This document shows positions 25,370 through 37,320 of a stretch of DNA of 64,000 nucleotides, in pieces. The translations under genes were made by a program, and so were the position numbers. Under the pieces are notes generated by a model. That model saw nothing but the letters and a program-made list of their open reading frames with translations, was not told the DNA's origin and searched no databases. Within the stretch, counting starts at the first letter, position 1. Every line of letters begins with the position of its first letter. This stretch comes from Felis catus (taxonomy: Eukaryota): positions 11,534,001-11,598,000 of the forward strand of contig NC_058383.1 of NCBI RefSeq assembly GCF_018350175.1. Reading direction: 5' to 3'.

Positions 25370-25969
25370 GGCATAGGCAGAGCTCTCAGAGGACCCCCAA
25401 GATCTATCTCCAGGGTGTAGACTCCTTGCATAATCCTCGGGACTGTGAATATGATGGATTTCATTCCCTTGATTAGATATGTTATCTGACACAGTAGGCT
25501 TTACAAAAGAGAGGTGATCAGGGTGGGACTGATGTGACCTCAGGGGCACATGAAAAATTAAAGGAAGAAATCTGGCTCCAGAGGTCAGAGACAGGAATTC
25601 AGAGATCTGGAGCAGGAGGGGAGGCAGTGTGAGGAAAGGGCTCCTGCTGGTTTGAACTTTGTGGCAAGAATCTGAACACGTCCTCTGGTGGCCAAGAGTG
25701 ACCCCGGCTGGGAGGCAGACCGGAACCTCAGTCACAGAGCAGCAAGGGACAGGATTGGCCGAGCGCGTGAATGAGCTTGGCAGTGAACTCGGAGCTCCAG
25801 ATGAGAACGCAGCCTCCGACCCCTTGATTTTGGCTTGGTTGTAGATCCTTAAGAGAGAGAGTCCAGCCATGCTGTGCCTGGACCTACAGAACCGTGAATC
25901 AGTGATAGATGCTGTGTTAAATCTGTAAACGTGTGGTAATTTGTGCCACAGCCATAAAGCATGAGTATA
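25370..25969 (+). mobile_element. MaLR solo LTR, MLT1E/F-like, inserted in a reverse MIR
   Basis: Start 'taggcagagctctcagaggacccccaagat', 'gtgaatgagcttgg', 'gagctccagatgagaacgcagcc', end 'gtggtaatttgtgccacagcc'. 5-bp TSD ttccc at 25365-25369 and 25970-25974. Confidence 0.85.
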
Positions 25970-25981
25970 TTCCCATTTTAT

Positions 25982-26195
25982 TTTATTTATTTAAAAAATG
26001 TTTTTGATGTTTATTTATTTGAGAGAGAGAGAGAGCGGTGGGGAGGGGCAGAGAGAGAGGGGGACACAGAATCCGAAGCAGGCTCCAGGCTCCAAGCCGT
26101 CAGCACAGAGCCCGACGCGGGGCTCGAACCCAAGAACCGCGAGATCATGACCTGAGCCGAATCGGACGTTTAACCCCTGAGCCGCCCAGGCGCCC
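25982..26195 (-). mobile_element. Feline SINEC_Fc
   Basis: Reverse SINE. 16-bp TSD tatattcccattttat at 25966-25981 and 26199-26214. Confidence 0.97.
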
Positions 26196-27499
26196 TAATA
26201 TATTCCCATTTTATACAAGAAGGACTGATCTGATTGCCCAGGCTAACAACGTTGGGAGGTCAAGAAGCAGCACAAACAGACTGTCAATGAATGTTGACAA
26301 TTACTTTAATCAGGGGTCTTCCAGCAGCAAGGTTTTCAGAGACTCCACTCATAATAGTTTGAGGGAAAAAAATAGAGAAAATGTACTGGCTTCCTTGACG
26401 GGCCAGGGACTGTGTCTGCGTCAGGGACAGCTGGACTCTGGCTCTGGCTGGGACGTCTCTCTCATCACCATCTTTGTGCTTCTTCCAGGTGAGCTCTGTT
26501 TTCAGGTGGGGTCTCTTTGCTTGGTGACAGACATAATGGGAGCTCCACGCTGTAGTGTCTTTACAGCTACGACCCGAGACTTTTCCACACACACCGCTTC
26601 TAGGCTCGGCCACGTCTGCTCTACATTTGCGGTGTCGGGTTTTGATTCCAGCGCAGGAGTTAACGTTCATTCCTTCTCAATTTCCTCGCATTGTGATTTA
26701 TTTCTATTTCTGGTCTCTTCAGACCTTTCTAGTTCCAGTGCGTTGACCTCATTCTGGATCTTTCCTCCTCACGGCGTCCGCAAATGTAGATGCAAATTTT
26801 ACCCAATGCAAAGCTCATGAATGCAGACACTGGTTGCTTTAAAGCTTTCTGGCGAAGTCACAGGAAAGCTGCCTCTTGCCCAAATCATTAACAATAGAAT
26901 TATGAGAGCCATTGTCCGCAGACTTCCTCCAATCAAGACCCTTCGCTACAGCATTTCCCTCATTAGCCGGTTGGGTAATGTAGTTAAAAGGGAAATGCAG
27001 AAAATCCAACATGATTCATCTTTAAAGAGTCTCCTCTCGTTCCTCGGGATTGTTGCTTGCTTTCTACGTTCCCACGAGCCGTCCCTTGTGCCTTTTTTGG
27101 GAACGTTTTTTAGAATTCTTCCACGGATCCGTCATAAGCTAGGCTTTTCTTTTTTGGAGCTCGGACAGTCTGCCTTCTAGTTTTTGAAAATGAAGGTTGC
27201 ACGTGCCCATCTGCCGGCACCCGAGGCATCTGAGGCACCTGTCCTCTACTGCTGTTAGCAATACCGATGGGTGACACCTAGGGGGCATTGGGCACGTGCT
27301 TCACCCTGACTTAAGTCTTCCTCATGGATCCTTCCCGGATCCTTCCTGGATCCTCCATCATTGTCCTTCAGAAGGAGACACATTTTCTGAGGGCACTTGA
27401 GCATTAGGTAACTCAAGTAACATTCCCAGTGGTTAAGTAACATGTTGATTTTCATGACTACGCCAAATGCTCAAAGTGTCAACTGTTACGGAGGCCCAG

Positions 27500-28320
27500 T
27501 AGGTTCGGAATTAGTGAGGTCATTTGGATTTTGCAAGGTGTCCTTGGTTGCCTTGAAAAGAACAACCAAGAGTGTTTGAACCAACCAACTCTTGGTTTGA
27601 ACAACCGAGAGTGAAAGAGTGTTTGGGTCGAAGGCCTCTTATTATTGGGAATTAGGAAGAGGATAGAAAGAAAAGACAAAGAGATAGGCAACATGTCAGA
27701 AATACTTTTTAGTGAGTGAGGAAGGTGATTGGCTAAGAACCAGAGATGGCAAGAGTCAAGAGAGAGGAGATTTTTCTGAAGTCCCCACGAGACAATGTCT
27801 ACGGAGGCCTCTTTTGCCATGGCTGGCACACAGTAGGTCTTAATTAATGTGACCTGCCCCGAAAGTGGCAGAATTGATCATATTGGAAGGCAGAAGAGGA
27901 TCCTTGTTGAAAGGAAGGGTCCTTGTTGAGTTATCTGAAGCTCAGAAATTCTCAGAAAATGTGTCCATTTCAAGATGCTGAAAAAGGAAATAATTAAGGA
28001 AGAATGGATCAAAATAGGATAGGATGGATGTGGTTTTGAGTACAGGTAGAGAAGGCACATTTAAAGAACAAAGAAAATTCTCTGACCCCATAGACAGTGA
28101 AAGTAGGGGAGCTGTAATATTGATACTGCTGGGGCCAGAGGTGTCCATCGGGACTATGAGTGGCAAGTCATGGATGGATGGCGAGTCAATGATAGGGTTC
28201 CTTACGTTGGATGCATCCTCCCCTTTCCAAGATGGCTCTTGAGAGAGAGGAGTTTTTAGGTGGGAGGAGATGTGGAAGGGCCACGGCTGGGTATTAAGTC
28301 AAGAAGATGAAGAGGGGAAT
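27500..28320 (-). mobile_element. Degraded L2 fragments
   Basis: Purine-rich reverse-L2 pattern such as 'aggtcatttggattttgcaaggtgtccttggttgccttgaaaaga' and 'ttttaagatg/agacaaagagatagg'-type motifs. Patchy. Confidence 0.45.
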
Positions 28321-28750
28321 TGTGATGGTCAGTTGTATGTAGCCGGTTGGCTGGGCTGAGGCATGCCCGGAGAGCCCGTAGAACATTTTTTCTGGGTGAA
28401 GGGTGTTTCAGGAGGATCAGCATCTGAATTGGTAGAGTGAGTGAGAAGACCACCTCCACTCAGCGCAGGTGGGCATCACGTGATCCACTGAGGGCCTGAT
28501 TACAAGAGAAAAGGCAGAGGAAGGGTGAACTTGCTCTCTGTCTGAGCTGTCACGCCTACCTTCTGCCCTTGACCATCGGTGATCCCGGTTCGCAGCCCCT
28601 TGGGTTTGGACCAGAACCACACCCCCAGCCTTCCTGGACCTCCAGCTAGCAGACAGCAGATGGGACGTCTCATCTAGAACCACATTAGCCAGTTGCATAG
28701 AAACCTTCCCTTTCAATATAACTAACTATAACCTATGGTTTTGTGTCTGA
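28321..28750 (+). mobile_element. ERVL solo LTR, MLT2-like
   Basis: Start 'tgtgatggtcagttgtatgt', 'aacattttttctgggtg', 'gtgggcatca..tccactgagggcctga', 'aaaaggcagaggaagggtgaa', 'ctccagctagcagacagcagat'. Confidence 0.88.
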
Positions 28751-29289
28751 AGTTGGCGGAGGAGGTCGACTCAAAGGTCCTCCCGTCGTTTGCCTCCATC
28801 TCTCATGGAGGAGGTGTTACTGGATGGCACCCTGTAATGCTTGGTATACAATAAAACTTCAATTAACCAATTGCTCAGGGGAATGGAAGTGCTGTGGTTA
28901 ATTGAATTATCTGATTAACTGAGAGTTAATGAACCAGAAACCCTTTGTCGTTCTAAGTCATACCGAGAACACTCTGGCATACCCAAGTTCTCTGTCCTGC
29001 CAGGGTTGGGAAGGGGAAAGAGTCAAGGGAGAAGGGAAGTGAAATCAGTTTTTATGGAAGGTCTACTATCTGTGTGGTAGGTTACACAAATAGCATTACC
29101 TGCTTTCATCCTTGTGACTACGGAAGGAGGCCAACGTGACTGGCCCCTTTGACACAGAACAGAATTGAGAAGCATCTTCAACGTTACTGGACGTTGCTCT
29201 GCTGGTTAAGAACACGGATGAGTGTCAGAGACATCTGAGAATATCGGCGGGACGTCAATGTTAGAAGCGGATCGAGCAGGGGTTTCGGA

Positions 29290-29550
29290 ATAGGTCAGCC
29301 CCTGATCCTGACCCCAGCTAGCTGTGTGACCTTGACTGAGCTGACCTTGACTGAGCACAATCAAGGCAATTACATGACCTGAGTAAACCGCACTGGATTC
29401 AAGTTCTTCCTCCTTCTCCTGGGTTGTGTGATCTCTAGCCAACCCCGTTCCTTTTTCATAGCTCAACTTTGTCATCCGAAGAAATGTACCACACCGCCTG
29501 CCTTGTGCAGAGTTGCTGGCGGCCAGAGGGGGGTCCCGCGTGAATTGTAG
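29290..29550 (+). mobile_element. MIR fragments
   Basis: 'ctagctgtgtgaccttg' core and later 'ctgggttgtgtgatctctagcc..ctcaactttgtcatccgaagaaatg'. Confidence 0.5.
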
Positions 29551-31907
29551 CCGTGTTGGGTATCATCAACATGGCCCGGGGTCACGGTCATGTTAGGGGA
29601 GCAGAGGTGGACGGTGTTAAAGATGCAGCAGAGAAACCTCCATTTTCGGATGGTCTCCGATTTTCCCTTCCTATGAAATCTCCGATGCTGATATTATTTC
29701 CCCGTTCTTTCTTTCTTTCGTTCGTTCTTTTTTTTCCCCTCCAAGTATAACGTGAAAAACTTGTTCCAGAGGGTATGTGTTTGCTAATTTTGGTTTTACT
29801 GCCTCTTGCACCTCCGACAGAAGAGAAGAAAACACAGGAGGACCCACAGGCATCGTTAGCCACTAAATCAAGCATTCGTTTGGCCAAGTCACCAGCTTCT
29901 GCTGCCGTCGTATTTTTAGGGAATGGGAAGAACCGTTCTTTTTGCTCAGAATGTTAGATTTATATTGCTCTCACTTAGCAAGTGAATAATTGATAAGTTG
30001 GGGCGTATTAACATTGAACAGAAGAACCCAGTGGTACAAGGGTCCTGGGAAGGCTGCCTAAATCAATATACACTCATGAATTTTGAGCGCAAAAGGTTGA
30101 GCTGAGAAAGAACACAGATTTAGACCCCCATTAATATTTGAAACTCACTCAGTGCTCGAGAGGCTTGCTAGAGCCCAAATGTTAACTGAAGGGGCTTCAG
30201 AGAAATGGCTTCTAAACAAATTTGAAAGTGGGAGATTTTTCCCTCCAAAGACTTCATGAGAAAAATCAATCATCTTTGTTGTTGCTGCTGTCAGAAGGCA
30301 TCTATTAAAAATCTAATTAGAGTATTTTTACCAATTAAACATACCGAGGCAGCACTTGTCTGACTCAATGTTTGTAATTTCTAGAAAATCAGATGCATCA
30401 GGCTCTGTGATCAGCCCAGATATGGTAAAATGTTCCAGCCACTCCTGGAAACTCCAGCCTCCCCACCCAGGAGCCGGCCTTAAAATTTGATTAATCTAAA
30501 CATTTTGTAAGGTGTCAAAAGAGGTTTCTCGCCTGATGTCTCATGGTCACCCAACGTGCCAGTCCGACGGAGGCCAAAATAACATCATCAGTCACAATTT
30601 GCTTTTGAAATGTCTCCTGCGAGGCCCCCAATTTGAGCTATCAAAGCTGGAAATTTTAAACCAAGTGGGAAAATGCTTCGAATTTTAATGATTCGTGGAA
30701 CCCGGCATCCTGCTGGAAAGTCATCTAGAGTGTCTGATATCAGCATGCTGCTGTGACCACAGAAGATGTTCAGAGACGATGCCTCCACGAACATTCTAAT
30801 GACACAGTCAAGGAGATAATCCTCTGTAGGCAAAGGGCTCACCTTTCAGAAATCATGAAATAGAATCTCGCAGTTAGAAGTGGCCAGAGAAGGCATTTCA
30901 TCTAGCCCCCAGCTTCCCACAGGAGATAGCAATTCCGGCAGCCAGATTCAGGCTCTGCTTGCATACCCCTGGTGCTGGTGGGCTCACCACCTTACGAGGC
31001 AGATCATTCCATCCCAAGACACTACTGGGACACTATTGGGACCTACTTTTTGGAAAGAGGCTTCTTAGGTTCGGCTATTATACATAACCTGCCTCCCTAT
31101 AACTTCGGTCCAAGAAGATCACTCCCAAGCCTCACAGATACAGCTTTCTGAACGCCGTTTGACACATAATTGGATTGCCAATACCTCGCTTCTCCCACAA
31201 AGCAGTCAATTTGGAGAATAATTCAGAGCATGTGCTCATTACTGGGTCTTAGAGGCTACAAGAAAAATTTGGCCTCTACACAGTACAGATGGTATTTGTT
31301 GTTTTCCCTGGAATTCTCATGCTGTATATCTTAATTAATGAATTAATGAAATTTTTCAGTCGAGTGGTCCTAAGGAGCACTTGTTTTTGAAAACTCTCCT
31401 TCTGCCCATACACATGGTTTCTCTGTTTTCCCTCCAATCCCCCAATTAACGAGCAAGAGAAGGTCAAAGCTGCAGCTCTTAGACGTGCGGGACAGGACGG
31501 AGAGTCTCGATGGGAAGTCACATTGAAAGATAAAAAACAACTGCCCCCAAGTTGCACGAGGCTTTTTAACGAGGGCCGGGAACGTGAGCTGCACGGTATG
31601 ATGTGCCCCGTCATGAGAGCAATCACCCTTGCTTGGGCTTCTCCAATCCCCCTCGTGTCAGTAACCATCTGTTAGTCTTACCGGGGGGAAAGAGAGAAGT
31701 TGCCCTAGTGAAAAGAACACAGCCTATTAGGTCAAGCAGAGGAGAGGTGTCTTCACGGCTCTACCAGTTTCTACCCGTGACAACCTGCGTAAGTGGCTAA
31801 AGCCTTTTAAGGCCTAGTTTCCTCTATGGTACCATTGGCATAGGAATCCCTAGCTCACGGAGTTGTTCTTATAAAGATAAAGTGACGTCATCAAACGACT
31901 TAACATG

Positions 31908-32360
31908 GTGTATCAGTAAGCTACTGCTACGTAACAAAGTACCCCAAACTCGGAAGCTTAAAAAAAAAGAAGGCATTCATTACCACTCACAAGTCTGTGC
32001 CTCAGCCGAGAATTCTGCTCTTTGGGCCTGCCGTGGCTGGTCTTGGCTGGGCTGGCTCACGTGTCTGTGTTGACCTGGTGGAGGGCCTAAGGACTGGCCA
32101 TCTCAGGTAGCCTCGCAGGCATGTCTGGCAGGTGGCTGGTGGGCGGCTGGAGTTACTGGACGTCTGTCTGTCAGCTGCCGGTGGGCTAACGTGGGCTTAT
32201 TCACGTGGCAGGCGCCCAAAAAAGGAGTAGAGGCGTGCCTGGCTTCTGGAACTGGCATCCCGCCATTTCTACCACATTCTCTGGGCCAAAGTGAGTCATT
32301 CGACGGGTGGAGGAATAGATTCCACCTCTTGACGGGAGAAGTGCAAAGTCGCGTTGCAAC
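31908..32360 (-). mobile_element. Old MaLR LTR (MLT1H/I-like)
   Basis: Reverse start 'tgtatcagtaagctactgctacgtaacaaagtaccccaaactc', 'gctgggctggctcacgtgtctg', 'ccacattctctgggccaaag', 'atagattccacctcttga'. Confidence 0.82.
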
Positions 32361-34148
32361 CAGCAGCCACGTTTGCACCCCGTCTGCCTTGCGCAGTATC
32401 TGGTGGGAGGACTCCCCGAACGGCGGCTTTTGGAGACATTTCACAGGCTGCAAGTTGCAGGGATTAATCTTGTCTGCAGCCTTCTAGTGGAGGCAGTCCA
32501 GAGCCGTCCGTCGGGAATCTCGTTTCTTAACCATTTCATTGTTAACGTTAGCAATGTCGCGGGGTTGTGCTTTTACTAGGACCTGTGGAGGGGGGCAGGG
32601 GAAATCTGGGTCAAGCGACTCACGGCAGACACTGGACTCGTTTCTGGGTCACCGTGAGCGCAGAATGGAGAGAGCTCCTGGTCAGACCTGCCTCGGCTCT
32701 TGCAAGAAAGAATCCCGTCACTCTTGGCCTGGGAAGGGCCCCCTCTCACGGCCACTGTCGTCTCCACCCAGCAAGGTCCGATCTCTGACCGCTGCTGTGC
32801 CCCAGGCCCAGTGTTAGGTCCCTTACACAGAGTGCCTACCTTGGCCTTGTGGTTTCTGTACGATTTCTCCCACTTTCCCGTTTCGGAAGCTAGGGCTCTG
32901 GGTGATTTCTACATGGCAGAGCTGGAGCTGAAGTCAGGCAAGTGCAGCTTGTTCCTCTCTTAAGGGAGAGCTCCTGGAATGGTGTAATATTCCCTAAGAA
33001 ATGGCAGGGGCTCTGGGATGTAGGAATCGGCTGCTGTCACAGAGGGTTCAGGGGCCACCTGGGCTGATTCCAGTGACCCCAGGATCGGGCAGACTGAATG
33101 AAACAAGTGACCCCGTGTCTTTAATCCAGGAGGCCTCAGAATTGCAAGCATCAAGGACAAATTAAAACAGCCCGCAAAATCGCTCTTGGCTTTGCCACGG
33201 CCTCCGACCTTCTCGGCCTTATGGTGCCTGTCAGCTCTCTGGGCAGAGGCTGGGTGTCGGGGGGGAGGCAGGCATGTCAGGGGCTCAGCGGGAGCCGTCC
33301 TGGGAAGCGTGGATTCATTCTGGGGATCCAGTCACGTGGGAAGGGTGGCAGCGACAGCCGCAAAGCAAGACGGGTCACCTCGAGGCCTGCCAGCTTAATC
33401 ACAGAGCCTGGGTCCCCTCCACCAGCCCCTTCTACCTCCCGTGGGTTTCCAGGTGGTCACCCTGCCCACTCGGCCCCCTCTGTGGTGACCACGGGTGTTC
33501 TCGGCGTTGCTTTTGAGACCTGGACGTCACCACCCCTGTGCTTTTCTCTCCGTTCAGGTGCCCGACGCCACCCTGGGTATCCGAGAGCAGAGCCTGGGAG
33601 GTGGTCTTACCCCGGGGCCTCCGGTCGTGCTGTCTGGGGGGGTGCCCTGCATCAGGCTGAGCCCAGGATGCTGTCTGGAACATGCTTCTGACCTGGTTCT
33701 GAGAATCTAAGGGAAGGGTCCCCCCAAAGCTGGGCCAGGATTCTGTCCTTTTCCTCCGCTCTTAGAGGCCTTCCTCACACCCCTCCCCTGTCCCTGAGCT
33801 CCCAGGGCATCCCCTGCCCTATTTCAGAGCCTCGTCCCTGTCTGTGCCCATGACTCCACATTTAATCATCTGTCTCACTCCCGGCCCCAGTCAGCATTTA
33901 ATATCCCTCCTTGGACCCCTCAGTGCGTGCGCCTCTTCATGGCTCCTGTTATATTGTCCGAAATGACGTTGCAAGGGGTTCTGGAAGAAAGACGTAATCA
34001 CACAGCCCCAACCATAAGAGGGCTTTGCGTGGGGCAATCAGGAAGGCTTCCTGGAGAAGGGAGCTTAGGACCGATCAGGGCGAGGCAGGGGCTTTGCAGG
34101 AAGGATGAGGGAAGAGCCGTGGGTGGGCAAAGGTGGGGGATGAGCTTG

Positions 34149-34152
<4 letters not shown>

Positions 34153-34194
<42 letters not shown>

Positions 34195-34930
34195 GCCCTT
34201 GCCTGTGTACACGACCGTGTATGTGGACACGAGCGCATGTGTGTGTGCAAGCCTGCACGCCGGTGTGCACATGCGTGCGTTCGAGTGTGCAACAGCGCGT
34301 TCGTGTGTGTGCTGCCCGTGCACGCCCGTGTGCGCGTGCACTGGCGAGTGTGTGACTGCGTGCACGAGTGTGGCAGGTTCGGTGCCGAGAAGCTGGGTTG
34401 CTAGGTAGCCGGTTGCCAGATCTTTGAGTGACAGGCTGAGCTGCCTTGAATGGCAACAGTGAGCCCCCGGGAGAAGCTAAGGGAACAGCCGCCTCCCTCC
34501 GAGTTCCGGTTCCAGGCTGGCAGGGCTGCCTCACCCCCATCGCCGCTGCCTCTGCAGGGCAGGGGGGGCGGCGCAAAGCCTCTGAGTTCGGCTCTTCCGT
34601 CCCCCACCCGACTCCACCAGCGGGACCTCCCTGCCTCTGAGCTGCCTTTTGGATCTGTGGCCTCCTCTCCCCTCCCGCCCCGGCCAGGCGTCTCCCCGCC
34701 CCGAGTCACTGGAGCCCCAGTCCATCCTCCGTCCCGCTCTCTGCTGTCCAGCTGGCTGTTCAACATGCAGCTTCCCGGCTTGTGACCTTTCGAGGCTGCA
34801 GGAGCGTCCACACCTCCTGCGGGAGGCCTTTGCAGCCTCCTTTTCTGGCCTCCTGAGCCTCCCTGCCCTGGAGCCTCCCACGCACTGCCAGCCCCAGCCT
34901 CCCCCTTCCCGGACGCCTGCTTCACATCTT
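34153..34930. promoter_or_regulatory. CpG-rich candidate promoter/enhancer with (GT)18, RFX X-box and PREP/PBX decamer
   Basis: (GT)18 at 34153-34188, a degenerate purine-pyrimidine alternating tract to ~34372, GTTGCTAGGTAGC at 34397-34409, TGAGTGACAG at 34425-34434, then GC-rich unique sequence. Confidence 0.5.
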
Positions 34931-37179
34931 TGCAACTTCATTCCTTTCTTTTCTGCTTGAAATGGTCTCTATTGCCTTCTGCACTCCTACTGGGGGCTCA
35001 GAAATCACTTCCGGACCTTGGAGGGCAGACCAGTGCGTCCTTCTGGGGGGCATGGTCAGGCCCCTGCTCCTTTGGTTAGCATTGACTTTTCTCCCTGTGC
35101 TTTGGGCAGGACGACCTGGGCCAGACTTCTTCCGGTAGACTGTTGGCTCCTGGGGAGCAGAGGCTCCCGCTGGTGCAGGCAGGAAGGAAGGACCCCCTGG
35201 CCAGGCGGGGCCTCCTCTAGGATGCCCGCCCTCCCCAGTGACTCACGGACAAGCTGGGGGCAGCTCTCGCTCCTGGCTGATCTTCCCCTCCTGCGTCTTA
35301 TTATGTTCCGAGGCTGGGATTGATTCACTCCAATTCTTCTCCCAGTCCCAAAGGGCTGCTTGGGATTTGCCAATCCAGCTTTCTGACTTCTCGCTAACCA
35401 CAGGCAGTTTCCCCAGGGGGTGTCTTTTTCCTGGTCTAAAGTGCCTCTCTGAAGCCTGTCCAATTTCAAGGCCACGTCATACTTCCCAGCTGGTGTTCGA
35501 ATACGGTGGGTCCTCTGCTGATGCCAGGCTTCAGGAAAACACCCACTGGGCGGTTCCCCTCAAGGGAACAGAGTTTGGGAACCAAGACCTAAGGCAGGGT
35601 GGGGGTCAAGGGTAAGGCTCATGGGTGGGGAGGCCGGCACCCGCTGCTGTGGGAACGTGGCAGGTGCCCATTTCTAGAACGGCGTAAACACAGTGCCCAC
35701 CCGTGTGGGTCATGTAGGACTGAGTAAGATAATCTGTGTCGTGTGCTCAGCGTCTGGAACAGAGTAAGCCCTCAAAGTTAGCTGTCATAATTATGAGTGT
35801 TGTCATTATCGCTTTTCACTGTGGCATTGATTCATAGCATTCCAGAGCTGGATCCCGTTAGGATCCCTATGTGTGTGATGAAGACAACCGACCGTCACAG
35901 AAAGGAAGAGTTTTACGAAATCGCAAAGGCAGCGTGGCAGGGGAACAGAACCTAGGGTCGCCAGGGTCCGGGCCGGAGTTCTCTTGTTGTCCCCATGCCC
36001 TGCTGGCATTTTGGACAGGAGGCGCTCAGAGATGGCGGTGGCCACAGTGCCACTGGGAGAGAACTGTCAGCTGTGTATCTCCCTGACTTTGTCAGCCCCC
36101 GGGACCGGGTCCCCACTGCTGCTTGTCCACACAAGACCTCCTCGTTGCAGAGTGATAAGAGGTAAGTCTGGACCCTAGGGATTCTCTTTGCTCTGTCCCA
36201 CATCTTTGTCCTCCTTGTGTGAACATCTCCAAACTATTCATTGTGTCCAGGGGATTTTAAGCCCACAAGGGTCTTTCAGAAGGACAGGAAATAAGAGCTC
36301 AGACACGGTTAGTGTCGCACAGCTGTTGAAGGGGGAATCCTTCCCCTCCTGCTGGGCTTTCCCTCCCAACCTCTCTGCCTCACTGCTCATCTGAATTTGG
36401 CACCTGTCACCACACAGGCCGAACTGACCCTTGCAGGGCTCTGGGTCACTGGGGAGAGGTCAGATCTGGCTCCATCTTGACCAAGGGCAATACTGTTGGC
36501 TTGGCCAACTTGGTGGCAGGTTTTGGCTTCCTTCTCAAGGGCTGGGACAGACGCAGCTAGAAATGATGCCAGACCAATGGGCCTAGCTTCAGTAGGCTAC
36601 AACCTCAGTGGTAAAGCAGAGTTTTAAACAGAAAGGGAACCCAGAGGGAACCCAGAGGTTACCTGGTGTGGGCTAACTCAGTGGAGTGGGGGCAGGGAGA
36701 AAGATGGGTAGGATTGGACCCCCTCAATTACCTGGATAGATCCATCAGTAGAGTGACCCCACACCTGAGAGAAGGTGGAAACCAAGGGTGTAATGGCCTC
36801 CATGCTTTGCTGGGATGGGCTTTGGGGTTGGAGGGCTTGTGGGTTATGGCGATGGCAACGTCCAGGGGTATGGTCGGGAAAGCAGGATCTGAAGGGGAGG
36901 TCTGTGTCTCCAAATACAAGCTATTTCCAAGTCTTAGATGTCTAGGTTAAAGGTGTATGTGCATGATCTCACCTTAGATATGATTTTTGGGTGCTGCTGA
37001 AAAGTATTCACCTGCTTGACCACGGAGCATCTCCGGGGACTGGAGCTGGTGCCATAGTTGCCATCTGGGGAGAATCGGGGCCAGGCTCTATTCTCGGGTG
37101 TTGGGACAGTCATTCAACTCTGCTTTGTTTTGTGGATGTCTGCAGTTCTCTTCGCGACCATGAAGTGTCAGTGTTCCTC

Positions 37180-37320
37180 AGTGTTCTCCTAAGAGGGAAG
37201 GTAGACGAGCGTTCATTCCCAATTTACAGATGAGGAAAGTAGGAAGTCGAGAAATTACACAGCTGGCCTTTGGCCAATGGGGGACAAGAACTAGGTGTCC
37301 TGATTCCCCACAAGAATGTC
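37180..37320 (-). mobile_element. MIR
   Basis: 'attcccaatttacagatgaggaaagtagg...ctaggtgtcctgattccca' reverse MIR core. Confidence 0.7.

Noticed and set aside
26038..26820. 260-aa ORF, longest in the window
   Set aside because: Begins inside an antisense SINE at a non-ATG start, with no recognisable domain.
33927..34960. Stack of overlapping ORFs on both strands
   Set aside because: Caused by the GT repeat and high GC content, giving low-complexity CV/HT peptides.
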